A stretch of 63,766 bases of DNA, counting the filler, from Piptocephalis cylindrospora (Eukaryota): the NCBI GenBank assembly GCA_003614145.1. It is 9 parts of 9 records of this genome, joined end to end, with 100 filler letters (N's around TTAATTAATTAA, not from the genome) between each part and the next. Parts side by side here need not be neighbours in the genome. Positions count along the whole stretch, not along the records: positions 21,386 to 28,401 come from KZ988238.1; positions 28,502 to 35,497 come from KZ988239.1; 7 more parts are not named here. One strand, written 5' to 3'. Below the pieces are notes generated by a model. The model saw only the letters and a list, made by a program, of their open reading frames with translations, ran no database searches and had not been told where the DNA came from. Position numbers and translations under genes: made by a program. Below, in pieces: positions 22,879-35,597 of the stretch. Within the stretch, counting starts at the first letter, position 1. Each line of letters opens with the position of its first letter.

Positions 22879-24097
22879 ATGCCTTTATCTTCCGCTGGTA
22901 AGGCATTCCCCCTTTTGAGTCTCCTGGATCACATCTGAACTCAGGAACCAAATGTAGAGCTTTCCGACATTCTCCCCGTGGCCGTTGCCTTGGCCAAGGA
23001 GGCCGGCGGGATAATCCTCCAAGCCTATACTGACGGAAAGAGCGCCGAGACCAAGGAGGGTAATTCAACGGACTTGGTCACTGAGACAGATCAAGCCGTA
23101 GAAAAGCTTGTGTTTGGTCGGCTGCGCTTTGCCTTTCCCGAGCATGGGTAAGTAGAGGGGGGAGGAGGAGAACGCGACTAGAATTAAGCTTAATCATCCT
23201 TCCCAATCAATGCTCGCCCATCCACGTCTCTGTTTTGGCGGATAGATTTATTGGAGAAGAAAGCGTTGCAGCGGGTGAAAAGGCTATTTTAACCGACAGC
23301 CCCACTTGGATCGTGGATCCCATCGGTAAAGCCCCTCTACTCTGGTGCCTGATCCAGTTTTGAAAAACGTCTTCTTACTTGCCATACCCCCTATTCGCTA
23401 CAGATGGAACCACCAACTTTGTTCATGGTTACCCCTTCGTATGCATCTCCATTGGGCTTGTTGATGCTCATAAGCCTGTCTTGGGTGTTGTGTATAATCC
23501 TATCTTGGATGAGGTATGCAACAATGATTGTATTTACCTACCTTAGGATATCTCTGCTCACAACATCTCTTCTAGCTGTATACGGCCATCGTCGGGAAGG
23601 GAGCCTTGTTAAATGGCCAGTCCCTGCCGCTTCGTTCCCTATCCCACATCCCAAAGTTGAGCGAGGCCCTGGTTGCCACGGAATTTGGCTCGGATCGATC
23701 CGATGTCCCCTTGTCCGTCAAGACCCAGGGGATGCATGCGTTAACCGCAGCCACGGCAGGTGCTGCTCATGGTATCCGTGCCACCGGATCTGCTGCCCTT
23801 AACCTAAGTATGGTGGCTCGGGGTTCTTGTGATGCCTACTGGGAATGTGGAGTGCATGTGTGGGATGTGGCGGCAGGAATTGTGATCCTTCAGGAGGCCG
23901 GAGGGCGTGTCTTCCTTGGGGCTGGTCATCGATCCAACAGTCAGGCTTCCCTGGAGCCCATGGATTTGATGGGCCGTAAGATCCTTGGTGTTCGCGGAAG
24001 CGTGTCTCCATCCTCGGCCATAGCCCAGGATTCCCTCGCTAAAGAGATCCTGCGGTGTGTTGATGACTATGTCCTTCCTCGGGATGATACTGCTTAA
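22879..24097 (+). CDS. Inositol monophosphatase (5 exons)
   Basis: Spliced reading gives MPLSSAELSDIL...[11 protein letters not shown]...FIGEES...[19 protein letters not shown]...GSAALNL...WDVAAG, the IMPase signature motifs. Confidence 0.93.
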
Positions 24098-24296
24098 GAG
24101 ACAAATGGGTCTTTTATTATCGGATAGAAAAATGAATAGTATTTGCGAGTTGGACGATGTAGAATGATCGTTTTTTGCCCCAATTTCTTCGTCAACTACA
24201 TTTCCTGATGAAAGGTGGCCATGCTGCTCTCCTAACATGTGATGCTCCTCGATGTACATTGAATTCCTCCTACACACAGACGTTTTGTGAGAGCGC

Positions 24297-27200
24297 TTAG
24301 TGGTCACTGTGAGCTCCATCATGCTCCAAGGCTGTCCACAGGGTCTGGAGGCTCTGAGGTCCGTCTCCGCCCCAGGGCCGGCCAGGATGAGTTTCCTCCT
24401 CGAGGATAGTCTCCATCTCATCAAGGATCATCTTGACCCCCTTCTCTACCTCATCATCCGATAAGAAAGACCGGCCTAGGAAAAGGAGTTGATTCAACCA
24501 GGCGTCCCACTGCTCTGGGCCTACCACGGACCAGGAGGAAGGGGAGGCCAGTCGGGTAGTGATTCCTGGGGCCTCCCACCCTTCATCTCTCTCCATCACC
24601 TCGAGCCTACGGCCATGACCCATCGAGTACACCACCCCCACGAGTCCTACCCAGTCAAGGCCAAAGCGCCAGCCCTCGCCCTCACTCCACACCATCTCTT
24701 CCACATCTCGCATTGTTTCCCCCGCCCCACGGAACCGCACATCCTCCTCATATGATCCAATATCCACCCCGCAGGATAGGTCAGAGAGAACCACCCCTTC
24801 CTTTAGGTCCTCCTCATCCTCGCTTATCGACTCGGTCGGCCGGGGAAAGGAGATAAGGAGATGATCAGGCTGAACATTTCCATGCAGAATTCCAACCTGA
24901 TGAAGAGCCATCAGTCGTTTACCTGTCTCAAGGGCCAGAAGAAGGGCTAGGGCCTCAGTCACGGGAGGGTGTGTGGAGTGAGACCGTTGGATCAGGTCCA
25001 AGACCGTGCCATGAGGCCACCACTCCGAAACCTGATAACTCTCATCACAATACAAATAATAGGCCCAGGGATGTATAATGTACTGGTCGGCCGTGAGTCC
25101 CCGGGCCTCAGCAATCATGGACAGGTAAAATTCCAGGGGGATGGCTGGTCGAGCGCCTTTAAGAACCATTAACCGGTTATGGCTCTGGGCACGGGCCACA
25201 TACACTCCATGCCCGATCCTCCAACCTAAAGTGTACGTGTGCGTTGGATCATCCCCCAGCTGCACAATTCGATTCATCCTTCCTGTCTCCCCCAGTTCTC
25301 TGCCTTCCTCCTCCATCTTGGGGAGGAGTCCGAGTACCTGTTTGGACCTTCCATGAAAACCAGGGAGGGCGGGGAGAGGAATTTCGGCGGTCCTGATCAC
25401 CTCAAGGACACTCCTTGGGGAAAGCGGGTTGACGAGTCGACATCTCCCTCTCGCATCCCATATGCCCTCTGTACCCTGAAGCCTTCCTTCCTTTCTTCCT
25501 CCCCTTTCCCTCTTTGCCACCATCAGCTCGCCCTCTTCTTTCTTCACTTTCTCTTGTTCCTCCCTCATTACCTTCTTCATCTCTTCTTCCTTGCCCATCT
25601 CAGGTCTTTCATCAAGTATCTCGTCTATCTCCTTTTCCACCATAACATCCTCTACCTTTTCCAGGGCACACTCTCCTATCATCTTCTCTTCCTGGACACC
25701 CTCCTCTCCAGAGTCCTCCTCTTTCTGGATGATCTCTTCTGCCATCTCCTCCTCAGTTATTGTCGATCGGGTGGGCGCATCCGAGGACAGGCGACTATAT
25801 TCAGTCACCTCGCTTATGCGTGACATGTAAGGATCCTTGGGGACCACGGAGCCTGCTTGTCTGTCGGACCATATTCCCCATTCCTGGAACTTGGTAGGGG
25901 GAGAGTGAAGGCCAAGGAACTGAGCCAGTCGATGCTTCTTCCACTCCTCCTCCCTGGGCGAGCCTGACCCATGGGCATGCGGAGAATCCTCACCCAACTT
26001 CATGGGGGAGTAGGAGGAGGGACGTGCTTCTTCGGACACATTCCCAGCCCCCATGGTCTTAGAGGTGTCTGTTTCATCCACAGATCTCATGGTCTCAGCG
26101 TCGTCCGTTACCATTGCCTCATCACCTCCCTCTTTAGATCCAGATTCTTCAGTTCCCATCCTGCCCTCATCCCCTCCCTCCCAATTCTCCTTTCCCTCCT
26201 CCATCCATCTCTTTTGTTTCATATTTTCCGTCTCATCTGCCTCGTCCTCAACTGGGTCAACAAATATCTTAAAGCCCTTTTTTTCCCTTTTTTGACCCGT
26301 CGGATCCCTGGGAGGGCTCTCCCCAGCGAAGAGGGCATCCAAAGGATGAGCATCCCTATTCTCTCCATCTAAATCGGGCGGGGAAGAAAGTGAAGTGGGA
26401 AGGCCCTCTTCCCTCCCTTTTTTCTTCCTTCCAGTCTCCATACGCTCTCCTTGGGCTACCACCCCATGCATGACTCCCGAGGCCAAATGAATGTTATCTT
26501 CCTTGATGAGAGAGGAGGTATGGGAGGGAGAAGCATTGAACATCCCTTCCACATCCTGCATAGCCTTTTTGGTAAACAGGGTAAATGAGTGGTTCCCGGA
26601 CCTCTTGGAATTCTTCTCGTCTTCTGACGACACGCTTATTTCGTCTTCATCATCTCCCATGGATAACAGGGAGGATTGGGGTGAGTCATTTGGACTATTC
26701 AAGACCTCTTGAAGGATTGGAAGGTAAAAGTAAGCCCTAATTTCCTCCACGCTTCTTTCGGTACCATCGGGTAGAATGGCCATAGTTGGGGAATAGTACA
26801 TCTCCTCTTCCCTCCTCTTATGATCCTGTCGCCTCCTCTTACTCTCCTCTTCTCTTCTCTGCCCCATTCCCCGTTTCGATCTCTTTTCCCAAATCTCGCG
26901 AGTCTTTGGTGAGTCCTGAGAAAAGTAATGGAAGGGACTATCCATCAAAAGCTTATTCTTTGCCACCAAGGGCATCTGGGAACCGGCCATTTCGGTCGAT
27001 GTCATTCGATCCTCCACTTCTCCCCTGCTTCTTGTGTCCTCCTCAGAAGATAATGCGGGAGGGTCGCGGTAGATGTGTAGTCTTTCCCCAGTACCTTCCA
27101 ATCTTCTTCCTTCTCCTGATCTCTCCTGCCCATCCCCTCCGGATCTCCCCATGCCTTGGCCAACCCATGGCCCAGGCTCCTGGACGTTTTCTTCCCGTCG

Positions 27201-28235
27201 ACTCCCCACCGTGCCAATTTCTGGCCAAGGGCTTGCCTCCTCTGCTCCCTGAGAGGGAGATTGATCCCCATCCTGATAGATGGTCAAAGGTACATTGTTA
27301 TTGGTAATTTTTGAGGATCGTGAAGCGGGACGGACCTCCCGACGTTTTCTCAAACCGGCTCCGGAAATACCTGGAGCCCGATTGGCGACGACGGACCTTC
27401 CATCTCCCGTGGGAACCCCCAGGGGAACTCGGGTAATATGGGATCTGGGCGTAGGAGGTTCGGCGGGGTGGTCCTGCAAGGGGATAAGAGGGCCATGCCG
27501 ACGAATTTCAGCATCCTCTGGGGAATCTGTGTGTCGAAGGAGAAATTCCTTGTATCGACGCCGAAGCCGATTTAACGGCTCAACCTTTCGCTCGATCCCG
27601 ATTCGGTAAAGCTCATCTGCCTTGTTTATCCTAAGATTGGATCGGATAGGGAAATGATGGTGATAAGCCTAGTGTACTTGGGCACTGTTATGCAGTATAC
27701 GCACAGCCCGTCTTGTTCTGGTTATTTACCTTCCGATCTCCTCCAGATGAATGGAATACTCCTCATAGTATGCTGCCAAGTCCTGGCCTAAATCGTTGAC
27801 TTGCATGTACTCAAAGACGACGTTGGGATCAGATATGTTTTGGGCGTACAGGATCCAGCACCGGATGTACCGAGGGTCATTCCGGTAGCGTCGATCCTGC
27901 CTGAAACTCCGGGTAAGACGTTCAAGGACGGGGAGAAGATTACTCTCGGCACTCTGACCCTGCGGGTAATTGTCCTGGATCCATCGGACGTACCGATAAT
28001 GGACTTCCAAGGGATCGTCTAGATCAGCAGCACCTTCAACCTCCCTGGCGAATTCAGCGTGACGTTCTGCTAGCCGAGCATGGCGGGCTGGCGAAGCGAA
28101 TTGAAGCAGGGAAGAGAGCTGACTAGCGGACCTGCCCTGGGGTAACGGGACAATGTTTTCTTTTTGGCTTTCAATGGCCGCAACCGAGGTAGCTGAATCG
28201 TCTTGATCCTCGTTGGATCTTTCTGGTGATGTCAT
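24297..28235 (-). CDS. BUB1: Spindle checkpoint MadBub protein (BUB1/MAD3 family) with a degenerate kinase domain; intron 27631-27729
   Basis: KEN1 (IESQKENIVPLPQGRSA), TPR (DDPLEVHYRYVRW...RYRNDPRYIRCW...AAYYEEY), ABBA-like LTIYQD, LHIYRD and FKIFVD, GLEBS (SVEEIRA), CD1-like FTKKAMQDVEGMFN, KARD-like MSRISEVTE, and a C-terminal kinase fold. Confidence 0.92.
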
Positions 28236-28401
28236 GGGAACGGGGGACTGATGTGAGCTGGGGATGAACAAGTGAAAGTGAATGAATAAAGGATGGTAGG
28301 TGGGGCAAGGATAAGGAAAATGGAGAACGGAGGATAGTGTGTGGGCTCTTGAGGTTGACACGAACCTTGTTGATGCTTGTCACAGGATCTCCCTTCTCTT
28401 C

Positions 28402-28501
28402 NNNNNNNNNNNNNNNNNNNNNNNNNNNNNNNNNNNNNNNNNNNNTTAATTAATTAANNNNNNNNNNNNNNNNNNNNNNNNNNNNNNNNNNNNNNNNNNN
28501 N
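28402..28501. other. Artificial contig linker
   Basis: N44-TTAATTAATTAA-N44. Confidence 0.99.
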
Positions 28502-30116
28502 CCCAGACTCTACCCTGTACCTCATCCACCTTCTCTCCCTCTCCCGGGTTTCTTTGGCCTTTTCCGCCCACGACTCCCTAGACGAGGATACCTTGTATAC
28601 TCAGGTGTGTCGAGCCTCCGCTTTCCCCATGGCCCCGCTCACCCCACCCACCAGGCCACACTCCCTGTATGTGGAGACGGAGGGTCACGAGGACCTCCTG
28701 AGAACGGACCTTCTCCTTGCACTGCACGAACGTCTCTTTAGCGCCTTATCCATCAATCTAGAGATCCCATCCTCCCTGGATCCCCATCCGGACCGCTCTT
28801 ACTGTCGGGTATGTCACCTCATGAAGGAGGGTCACGGCAGTGAGGGCGCCCTTCAGCGATGTGCTGGGTGTCGTCAAGTCCACTACTGTGGCCCTGCCTG
28901 TCAAAAGATCGATTGGACTACTGGTGGCCATGGCAAGGCCTGTCGCGTCCTCAAATCCATCCCTGTCCCCCAGGCCCCCACCACCCTTCCACAGGAGCTC
29001 ACGAAGACCTTTGGGGGTACCCCCCACGACTGGTCCCTTCTCCTCTCCCACCCACTTCCATGGTCCATGCCATCTTTACTGGGAAGGGTCATTGGGGAAG
29101 AGGAGATATTCTTTGAAGAGGAGGACAATATGTCCAAAGGCAAGGACAACTCGATCAAGGACAACTCAATCAAAGACAAAGATCAGGAAAAGGTCAAACT
29201 TCATTCCTCCCTTCTCTCCTCCCCATTTCACTCCTCCTCCTCGGAATACTCCTCGACTCCCTGTAAAATCAATACTTGGGAAAAATATGTCAAAGCCCGT
29301 GGATTCGACCTAACCTCCCCCCCCTCTTCTCTTCTCCTGGGCCTCTGGCCTGCACTCACCCTTTACCATACTCTCTCCCTGATGGACGCCTCCTCGAAAT
29401 ATCCCATCCATCTGGACCCGGGATCCTATCTTCCCATCCACATCCTCCTCGGCCCTTGCTCTGATCCCAGATGGTTCTCCCTTGCCCATTCCTTTGCCTC
29501 TCTTCCCCCCTTCTTCCCCGGAATCACCCTCGATATCTTTCTTCTTCATGCCTCCCCTCTCCCCAAGGGGGGAAAGGGAAGTTTGGAGTGGAAGGAGGAG
29601 GGTCTAGAGACATGTGTACGTCTTCATCATGTCCCTTCCCCTACCCTAAAACTCCCCAGCTCCCTAAATCATCTTCCCCAGCCCATCCTCGTTCTTATGG
29701 GGCCCGAGGAGGCTGAGATCCTGGATGACCAGGCCTCCCTTCCCACCACACCCTTTGGCATCGTCTCCTCCCATCCCATGGACACGGCCCGTCTCATCAC
29801 TCGATCGGGGCCCCTCTCCGGTCGGCCTGGATCCCTCTCCAATCGACCAAACCAAATTGCCCCCAACCCCTTCCATGCTCCCTTCCCCCATACCCCTGAG
29901 CGGTATCGTCGCCAGGGCTTTGCCCATCCCTTTTCCCACCCTGCTCAATCCCTCCTCCTATTCCCCCCCAGTGTGACCCGACTCAACCACGCGTCCATTA
30001 GGGGAGGAAATAGAGTGATGGGTATCCATGACAGCCAGTATAAAATACAGCTCATTGTGAGGCAAAGCTGGATGGATCAGTGCACGTCCATTATGCCTTG
30101 GGACAGGAGGATTTAG
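28502..30116 (+). CDS. MYND zinc-finger protein with an MSS51/ZMYND15-like C-terminal region (5'-truncated; 3' end uncertain)
   Basis: CRVC...RCAGCRQVHYCGPACQKIDW...HGKAC (MYND), followed by TWEKYVKARGF, PALTLY, IHILLG and NPFHAP. Confidence 0.75.
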
Positions 30117-30656
30117 TCTTTTGGTGAAAGTCGCTCACTTGATTATTCACATTTCGTTTTCGGAGTTAATTTCCCCGTTCCCATCCCCCATCACCACACA
30201 CACATGTATGATGGATATACAGATATGCATGCCTCAGAGAAACGATGATTTATAGGAAGCCTTATACGCCTCCGCACACAAAAATGGGGATACAGAACAC
30301 CAATTCCCAGAGAATACCACCTCCATCCCCCTTCATCTCCCACAATGCAGGGAGACCTGACACACTTCCCACCCCCTCGGAATGTCATCCTCCGCTCAGG
30401 ACGAAGAGGATGAACCCCACATTCCCGTGATGCTTGTCAAGGGGTGCTGATGACGAAGAGAACACGGGAAGGAGAGAGGTTTCTGGCAGGCCTACCCGAA
30501 CCTATCCCTACACGGTCTTGTGCGTGATAGCACAGAGAATAGGCTCTACTGAGAAGGGGCGACCTCCCTCTCTCTCCGTGCCCTTCCGAGCCTCTCTCTC
30601 CTCCTCCTCCCCTCTGCATCTGCCCTCTAGCTATTTCCTCTCACCCCCTCCTCTAG

Positions 30657-32293
30657 TGTCTGATACTGCCGCGGTCAAGCGTATCGACGTGAGCAACCCC
30701 GTCGTGGAGCTGGACGGGGATGAGATGACTCGGATTATCTGGGATAAGATCAAGACCGACCTCATCCACCCTTATCTCAACTTGGACATCAAGTACTTTG
30801 ACCTTGGAATGGAGCACCGGGATGCTGTACGTTCTTTTCTTCTGCTGTCCTTTGATTCAGAAAGCACTATCCCATCCCATCCCATCCTATCTGACCCCAT
30901 CCCTTTCTCCTCAGACCGAAGATCGCGTCACAATCGAGGCTTCCGAGGCCATTAAAAAGTACAATGTTGGCATCAAGTGCGCCACGATCACTCCGGATGA
31001 GGCTAGGGTCGAGGAATTTAACCTAAAGCGCATGTACCGTTCCCCCAACGGCACCATCCGGAACATCCTTGGTGGGACTGTCTTCCGTGAGCCCATCATC
31101 ATGAACAACGTCCCCAAGATTGTCCCTGGATGGACCCAACCCATCGTCATTGGAAGGCACGCCTATGGAGACCAGGTAAGGAGAATCCATTGACCCCACC
31201 CCTACCACGCTCATCTTCCCTCCCTTCCCTCTCCTAGTACCGTGCCACTGACTTTGTCGTGGATGGTCCAGGGACCTTTGAAATGACCTTCACTCCCAGG
31301 GATGGTGGAGAGGTTCAAAAGTACACCGTACATGAATTCGAGGGTGCTGGTGTGGGTATGGGCATGTTCAATACCGTCGACTCCATCCGTGGCTTTGCTT
31401 ACAGCAGTCTCAACCTTGCCCTTGCCAAGAAGATGCCCTTGTACCTCAGTACCAAGAACACCATCCTGAAGAAGTACGATGGCAAATTCAAGGATATTTT
31501 CCAGGATATTTACGACAGGTACTTGTCTTTCTACCTTTTAAAAGGAGTGTGTCTCGGTGGCGACCGCCTCACCTCCCTCTCCCCCGCTTTCCATTCAGGG
31601 AATATGAGCACAAGTTCAAGGAGGCCGGAATCTGGTATGAGCATCGGTTGATCGACGACATGGTTGCTCAGGCCCTCAAGTCCTCTGGTGGCTTTGTCTG
31701 GGCTTGCAAGAACTATGATGGGTGAGTAAGGATAGGCTTGATTGGGGCGTATGAATACCCCTCGCATGCTGACACGAAACCCCCTCCTGCCCACAGTGAC
31801 GTCCAATCTGACATCCTGGCTCAGGGCTTTGGCTCCCTTGGACTCATGACCTCTGTCCTGGTGACCCCGGATGGCAAGACCCTGGAGGCCGAGGCCGCTC
31901 ATGGAACGGTTACCCGGCACTACCGTGAGCATCAAAAGGGCAACGAAACCTCCACCAACCCTATTGCCTCCATCTTTGCCTGGACCCGGGGTCTAGCCCA
32001 TCGCGGCCGTCTGGATGGTAACGACGAGCTCATCCGCTTTTCTCAAGACCTTGAGTCGGCTTGCATTGCCTCCGTGGAGAAGGACGCATGCATGACCAAG
32101 GACCTTGCCTTGGCCATCCACGGAAAGGGGTAAGTCTCTGAGGGGAAGATGCATCATTCTTCCCATGCCATCTGCTCACCCCCTCCACTTGGATGATGAT
32201 TACGATAGTATGAAGCGCGAGCACTACGTGACCACCCAAGAGTTCCTCAACCATGTGTCCGACAAGCTCAAGTCCATCCGGGCTCGTCTTTAG
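30657..32293 (+). CDS. NADP-dependent isocitrate dehydrogenase, multi-exon, ending in PTS1 (-ARL); start codon/first exon not resolved
   Basis: [99 protein letters not shown]. Confidence 0.96.
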
Positions 32294-33003
32294 GTTCCAC
32301 AAAGAAAACCCTATGAGATAGGGCGAGAAGGAGATTGGGGGAGAATTTGATCAACAACATACCCCAATGAAAACAAACATGGATAGCTTGACATGATAAG
32401 ATGACCTTTTTCTCCCTTGACACTCGACTACTAGGCACAGGAAGAACAAGGGGGAGGGAAGGATCATGGGCAGAAGAGCATCAAGTTAGTGCATCCCCCC
32501 ATCCCCTCTCCTGAATTCATAGGGGCATGTCTTGCCCTGAAAGAGATGATGAGGACAAACTCCATTTTTACTCCCTCACTCACTCCCTCAATTACTTTTC
32601 CTCTGCTGAGGTGGGCTAAGGGGTACTCAACCACCGTACCTGCCCAGGAGGCTGGCATGCGCCCTGAAGATGAACAGGGGAGGTGTGACCCTATGTGTGC
32701 CCTGTGGGGAAATGGGTCGGTGTGATGATGATAATAATAATAAATGCGAGGCAGAGTCCATTGGCTCACTCTTCCATGGCACTCAGTCTTGACAACACGA
32801 ATGGAAAAGAGAGGAGGTGCTTCAGGCTTGGACAAGGCTTATTGCCTCTTGTCTCTTTCTTCTTTCATTATTTTCTCTTCAAGCCGCCCTCCTCCCCCAC
32901 TTGATCCATTTCCTCTTTTTTGACGCCTTCAGTAATCGTATGTAGACGAAAGCATCCCCTTCTCCCCCCTTTCCCAGACTCACACATCCCACACCCACAG
33001 AGT

Positions 33004-33623
33004 ATGGCCCCTCCCGACGCTACGGCTGTCCGTCCTCGATCTGACCTGACCGACTCCTCTTCCAGGGGTAACACAGGTGGAGCTCGGAGAAGAGGTGGGG
33101 GTGCAAGGTCTGGCGGCTCTTCCGCCTCCTCCACGGCCAGGGCCAGCGCTGGACCCAAGGTCCCAAGGACCTTTTGGCAAAAGCTCACCTGGTCTGCTCC
33201 CTGGATTGGCCTGGGTTTGGTCGTGGCCCAGACCGTGGGCTTTGTCCGGGTGCTACAACGGGAAGAGGTGGTTGGGTAGGTGCACAGGGGGAGGATAGAA
33301 GGATCTCTTGGGCATGCAACATCATTCATCTCTCCTACCCATCCCTTCATAGATCCGCATGGTTCATCTTTGGTGTCCTCATCGCCCTGGTCCCCGTGGC
33401 CATCTTCCTTCGCTTGCAGTACAGACAACGGGTCCTGGGTCATCGCATCAACTACTCCAGATGGGAGCAAGAATTACCCAAGGAGATCACCACAGCCACC
33501 CTCACGGGCATCGTCTCGGGTCTGTGTTTTGTCATGGCCTTTTGGCCCATGTGGGGCTTCCTCACCCCGCTGATTCTCTTTGCCATCTTTATCGGCTTTC
33601 TTTCGGTCTGTGAGCTGTTTTGA
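33004..33623 (+). CDS. TMEM128-like four-TM membrane protein; intron 33276-33352
   Basis: Four hydrophobic segments; WEQELPKEITTATLTGIVSGLCFVMAFWPMWGFLTPLILF resembles the TMEM128 C-terminal pattern. Confidence 0.65.
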
Positions 33624-33877
33624 TTTCGGATGCGTTGACATTGTACAATGGTGGGTTGATGAGGCCTTGAGGGGGGATGATCAAAGTCCATGTCCCATAA
33701 ACACATCGAAATCCTCCCTCTCCTCTCGTAACCTTGAGGTAGGGGAGAGAAAGAGGGGAAGCGACAGGATGATCCAAAAGACAACCATGTTTCCATTTTC
33801 AATAGCCTTTCTAAACATTCCCTCCCCACTTGCATCCTATCCACTATCCATGATATGTTCCAGGGAGTGGGAACCAT

Positions 33878-34401
33878 CTAGACTCCACCAGCCATCTATA
33901 CACAGCCCGGTACAAGGGAAGATGAGTAGGTAGTCAGGGCAATCAGATCTCTCTCCCTCATTCACCCCTTACCTTGCTTGCTCCGGCCTGCTGGGCCTTG
34001 AGCTCCTCATCATACTCCTTCATCATCAGCTCTTTCTGAGCCTCGATCTGAAGGGGGATCACCAGAACAAGTGCCGTCGTAGCCACCACCCACGCCGTCT
34101 TTCCCACCATCGACACCATCCACGCTCCTCCACCATATAGCGTGGACCACCGGTTAGCAATAGCTGCGCGCCTCGCTGGAGGAATAATGTCTCGAAGGGC
34201 CGAAATCCGCTCTAGAAGCGTCTCATCATCCCCCTCGTCATCGTCATCATCGTACTCATCCTCGTCCTCGTCCTCCTCGGACAGATCCGAGTAGTCTCCT
34301 TCGCTTCCCTCCTCCTCGGATCCGGACAGCTCCTCCTCCTCATCCATGAAAGACTTCTTCTCGTCGACTTCTTCCAGGGTTACTTCTTCCAATCGGACCA
34401 T
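33878..34401 (-). CDS. TOM22: Mitochondrial import receptor Tom22; one intron before a 5-codon last exon (MAGGV-stop)
   Basis: MVRLEEV, an acidic tract, DETLLERISALRDIIPP and the TM segment GKTAWVVATTALVLVIPL. Confidence 0.93.
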
Positions 34402-35398
34402 GTTGCAAAGTTTCTTTTTCGGGGTGAACCAGGAGCGAAGGGGATGGGGGAGGAAAGGAAATTTCTTATGAAAAAGGGAAGAAGAAGAAAAAAGGTGTTG
34501 TGGATTGGACCGTTGACCGTGTCACCCCCTTTGGAAAAGGCTTGAGGAAAAAGTGGATGGGGCGAAGGCGCGCGTAATAAAACTCGGGCAGGGTTCCTCT
34601 GTGCCCCACGGCCGGAAGGGAGGGGCTACACTATGGGGGTGAAGGAATGGCCCTCATCCACACCTTTCAGTATGTACGGACGTCCCCCTGGTCGCTTACA
34701 TCCCTCGTTCTCTCCACGAAAATTGGGCGAAATAAAAGTGAAATATGCACTCATTCTATGATTTTTGGCCAGGTTTCCAGATGATCGGAATCTCACTTTT
34801 TAGGGGCAAAAGCGATAAATTCCACACAAAAATGGAATGTCCCCACATATCGTGCATCAAGAGAAGCACGGCCACAAATAAGGAGGAAATGATGTAGTCT
34901 GGCCCTTCAGGGTATCGCATCGCCAAGCGCACTATATAAGCATCACCGATAGACCCACCAAATTCACTCAAACACCGCCCCATCCAAGGACAGCCACGCG
35001 CTAATATCCCTACACTGCTCAGCGAAGGGGGCATCCGTCTATGAAGAGGGAAAGAGAGAGAGGGAGAGGGAGAATCAAGTCATCATCAACAGAAGAAATC
35101 CCTTAGAGCGGAGGCAGTGTGACCATACAAGGGAGCCCCCACCCTCTCCAATCCCTCTCCCATCACCACGTCTGCCTATGTACTTCTGGCCCCTCATCCA
35201 ACAAGATGGAAAGGCATACCGCTTTCACTCAAGGCATGAGGACCTCTCGAGTTGCGAAGTTATAAAAGCACAGACTTCTCCGACGTGACAAGCCCCTTTT
35301 CCCTCTCCTCCACACACACTTATCTCCCTCGAGCAGGAAGGCCCCATATCCCCTGATTCCATCCCCCTCCCTTCTTTTTGTATACTCGTCATCTCCTC

Positions 35399-35441
35399 AT
35401 CCCATCCCGTCCCGTTCCATCCCATCCCATCCTATCCCATT
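35399..35441. repeat. (CCCAT)n imperfect pentanucleotide repeat
   Basis: atcccatcccgtcccgttccatcccatcccatcctatcccat; the same unit occurs in introns at ~14809-14832 and ~30869-30888. Confidence 0.8.
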
Positions 35442-35497
35442 CCAACACCATGTCCCAAATGCCAGTACCAGGACCGGGGGAACCCCCGCTCCCCAAG

Positions 35498-35597
35498 NNN
35501 NNNNNNNNNNNNNNNNNNNNNNNNNNNNNNNNNNNNNNNNNTTAATTAATTAANNNNNNNNNNNNNNNNNNNNNNNNNNNNNNNNNNNNNNNNNNNN
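35498..35597. other. Artificial contig linker
   Basis: N44-TTAATTAATTAA-N44. Confidence 0.99.

Noticed and set aside
35450..35497. ATG-initiated frame MSQMPVPGPGEPPLPK at a contig end
   Set aside because: Probably a real gene start, but too short to identify.
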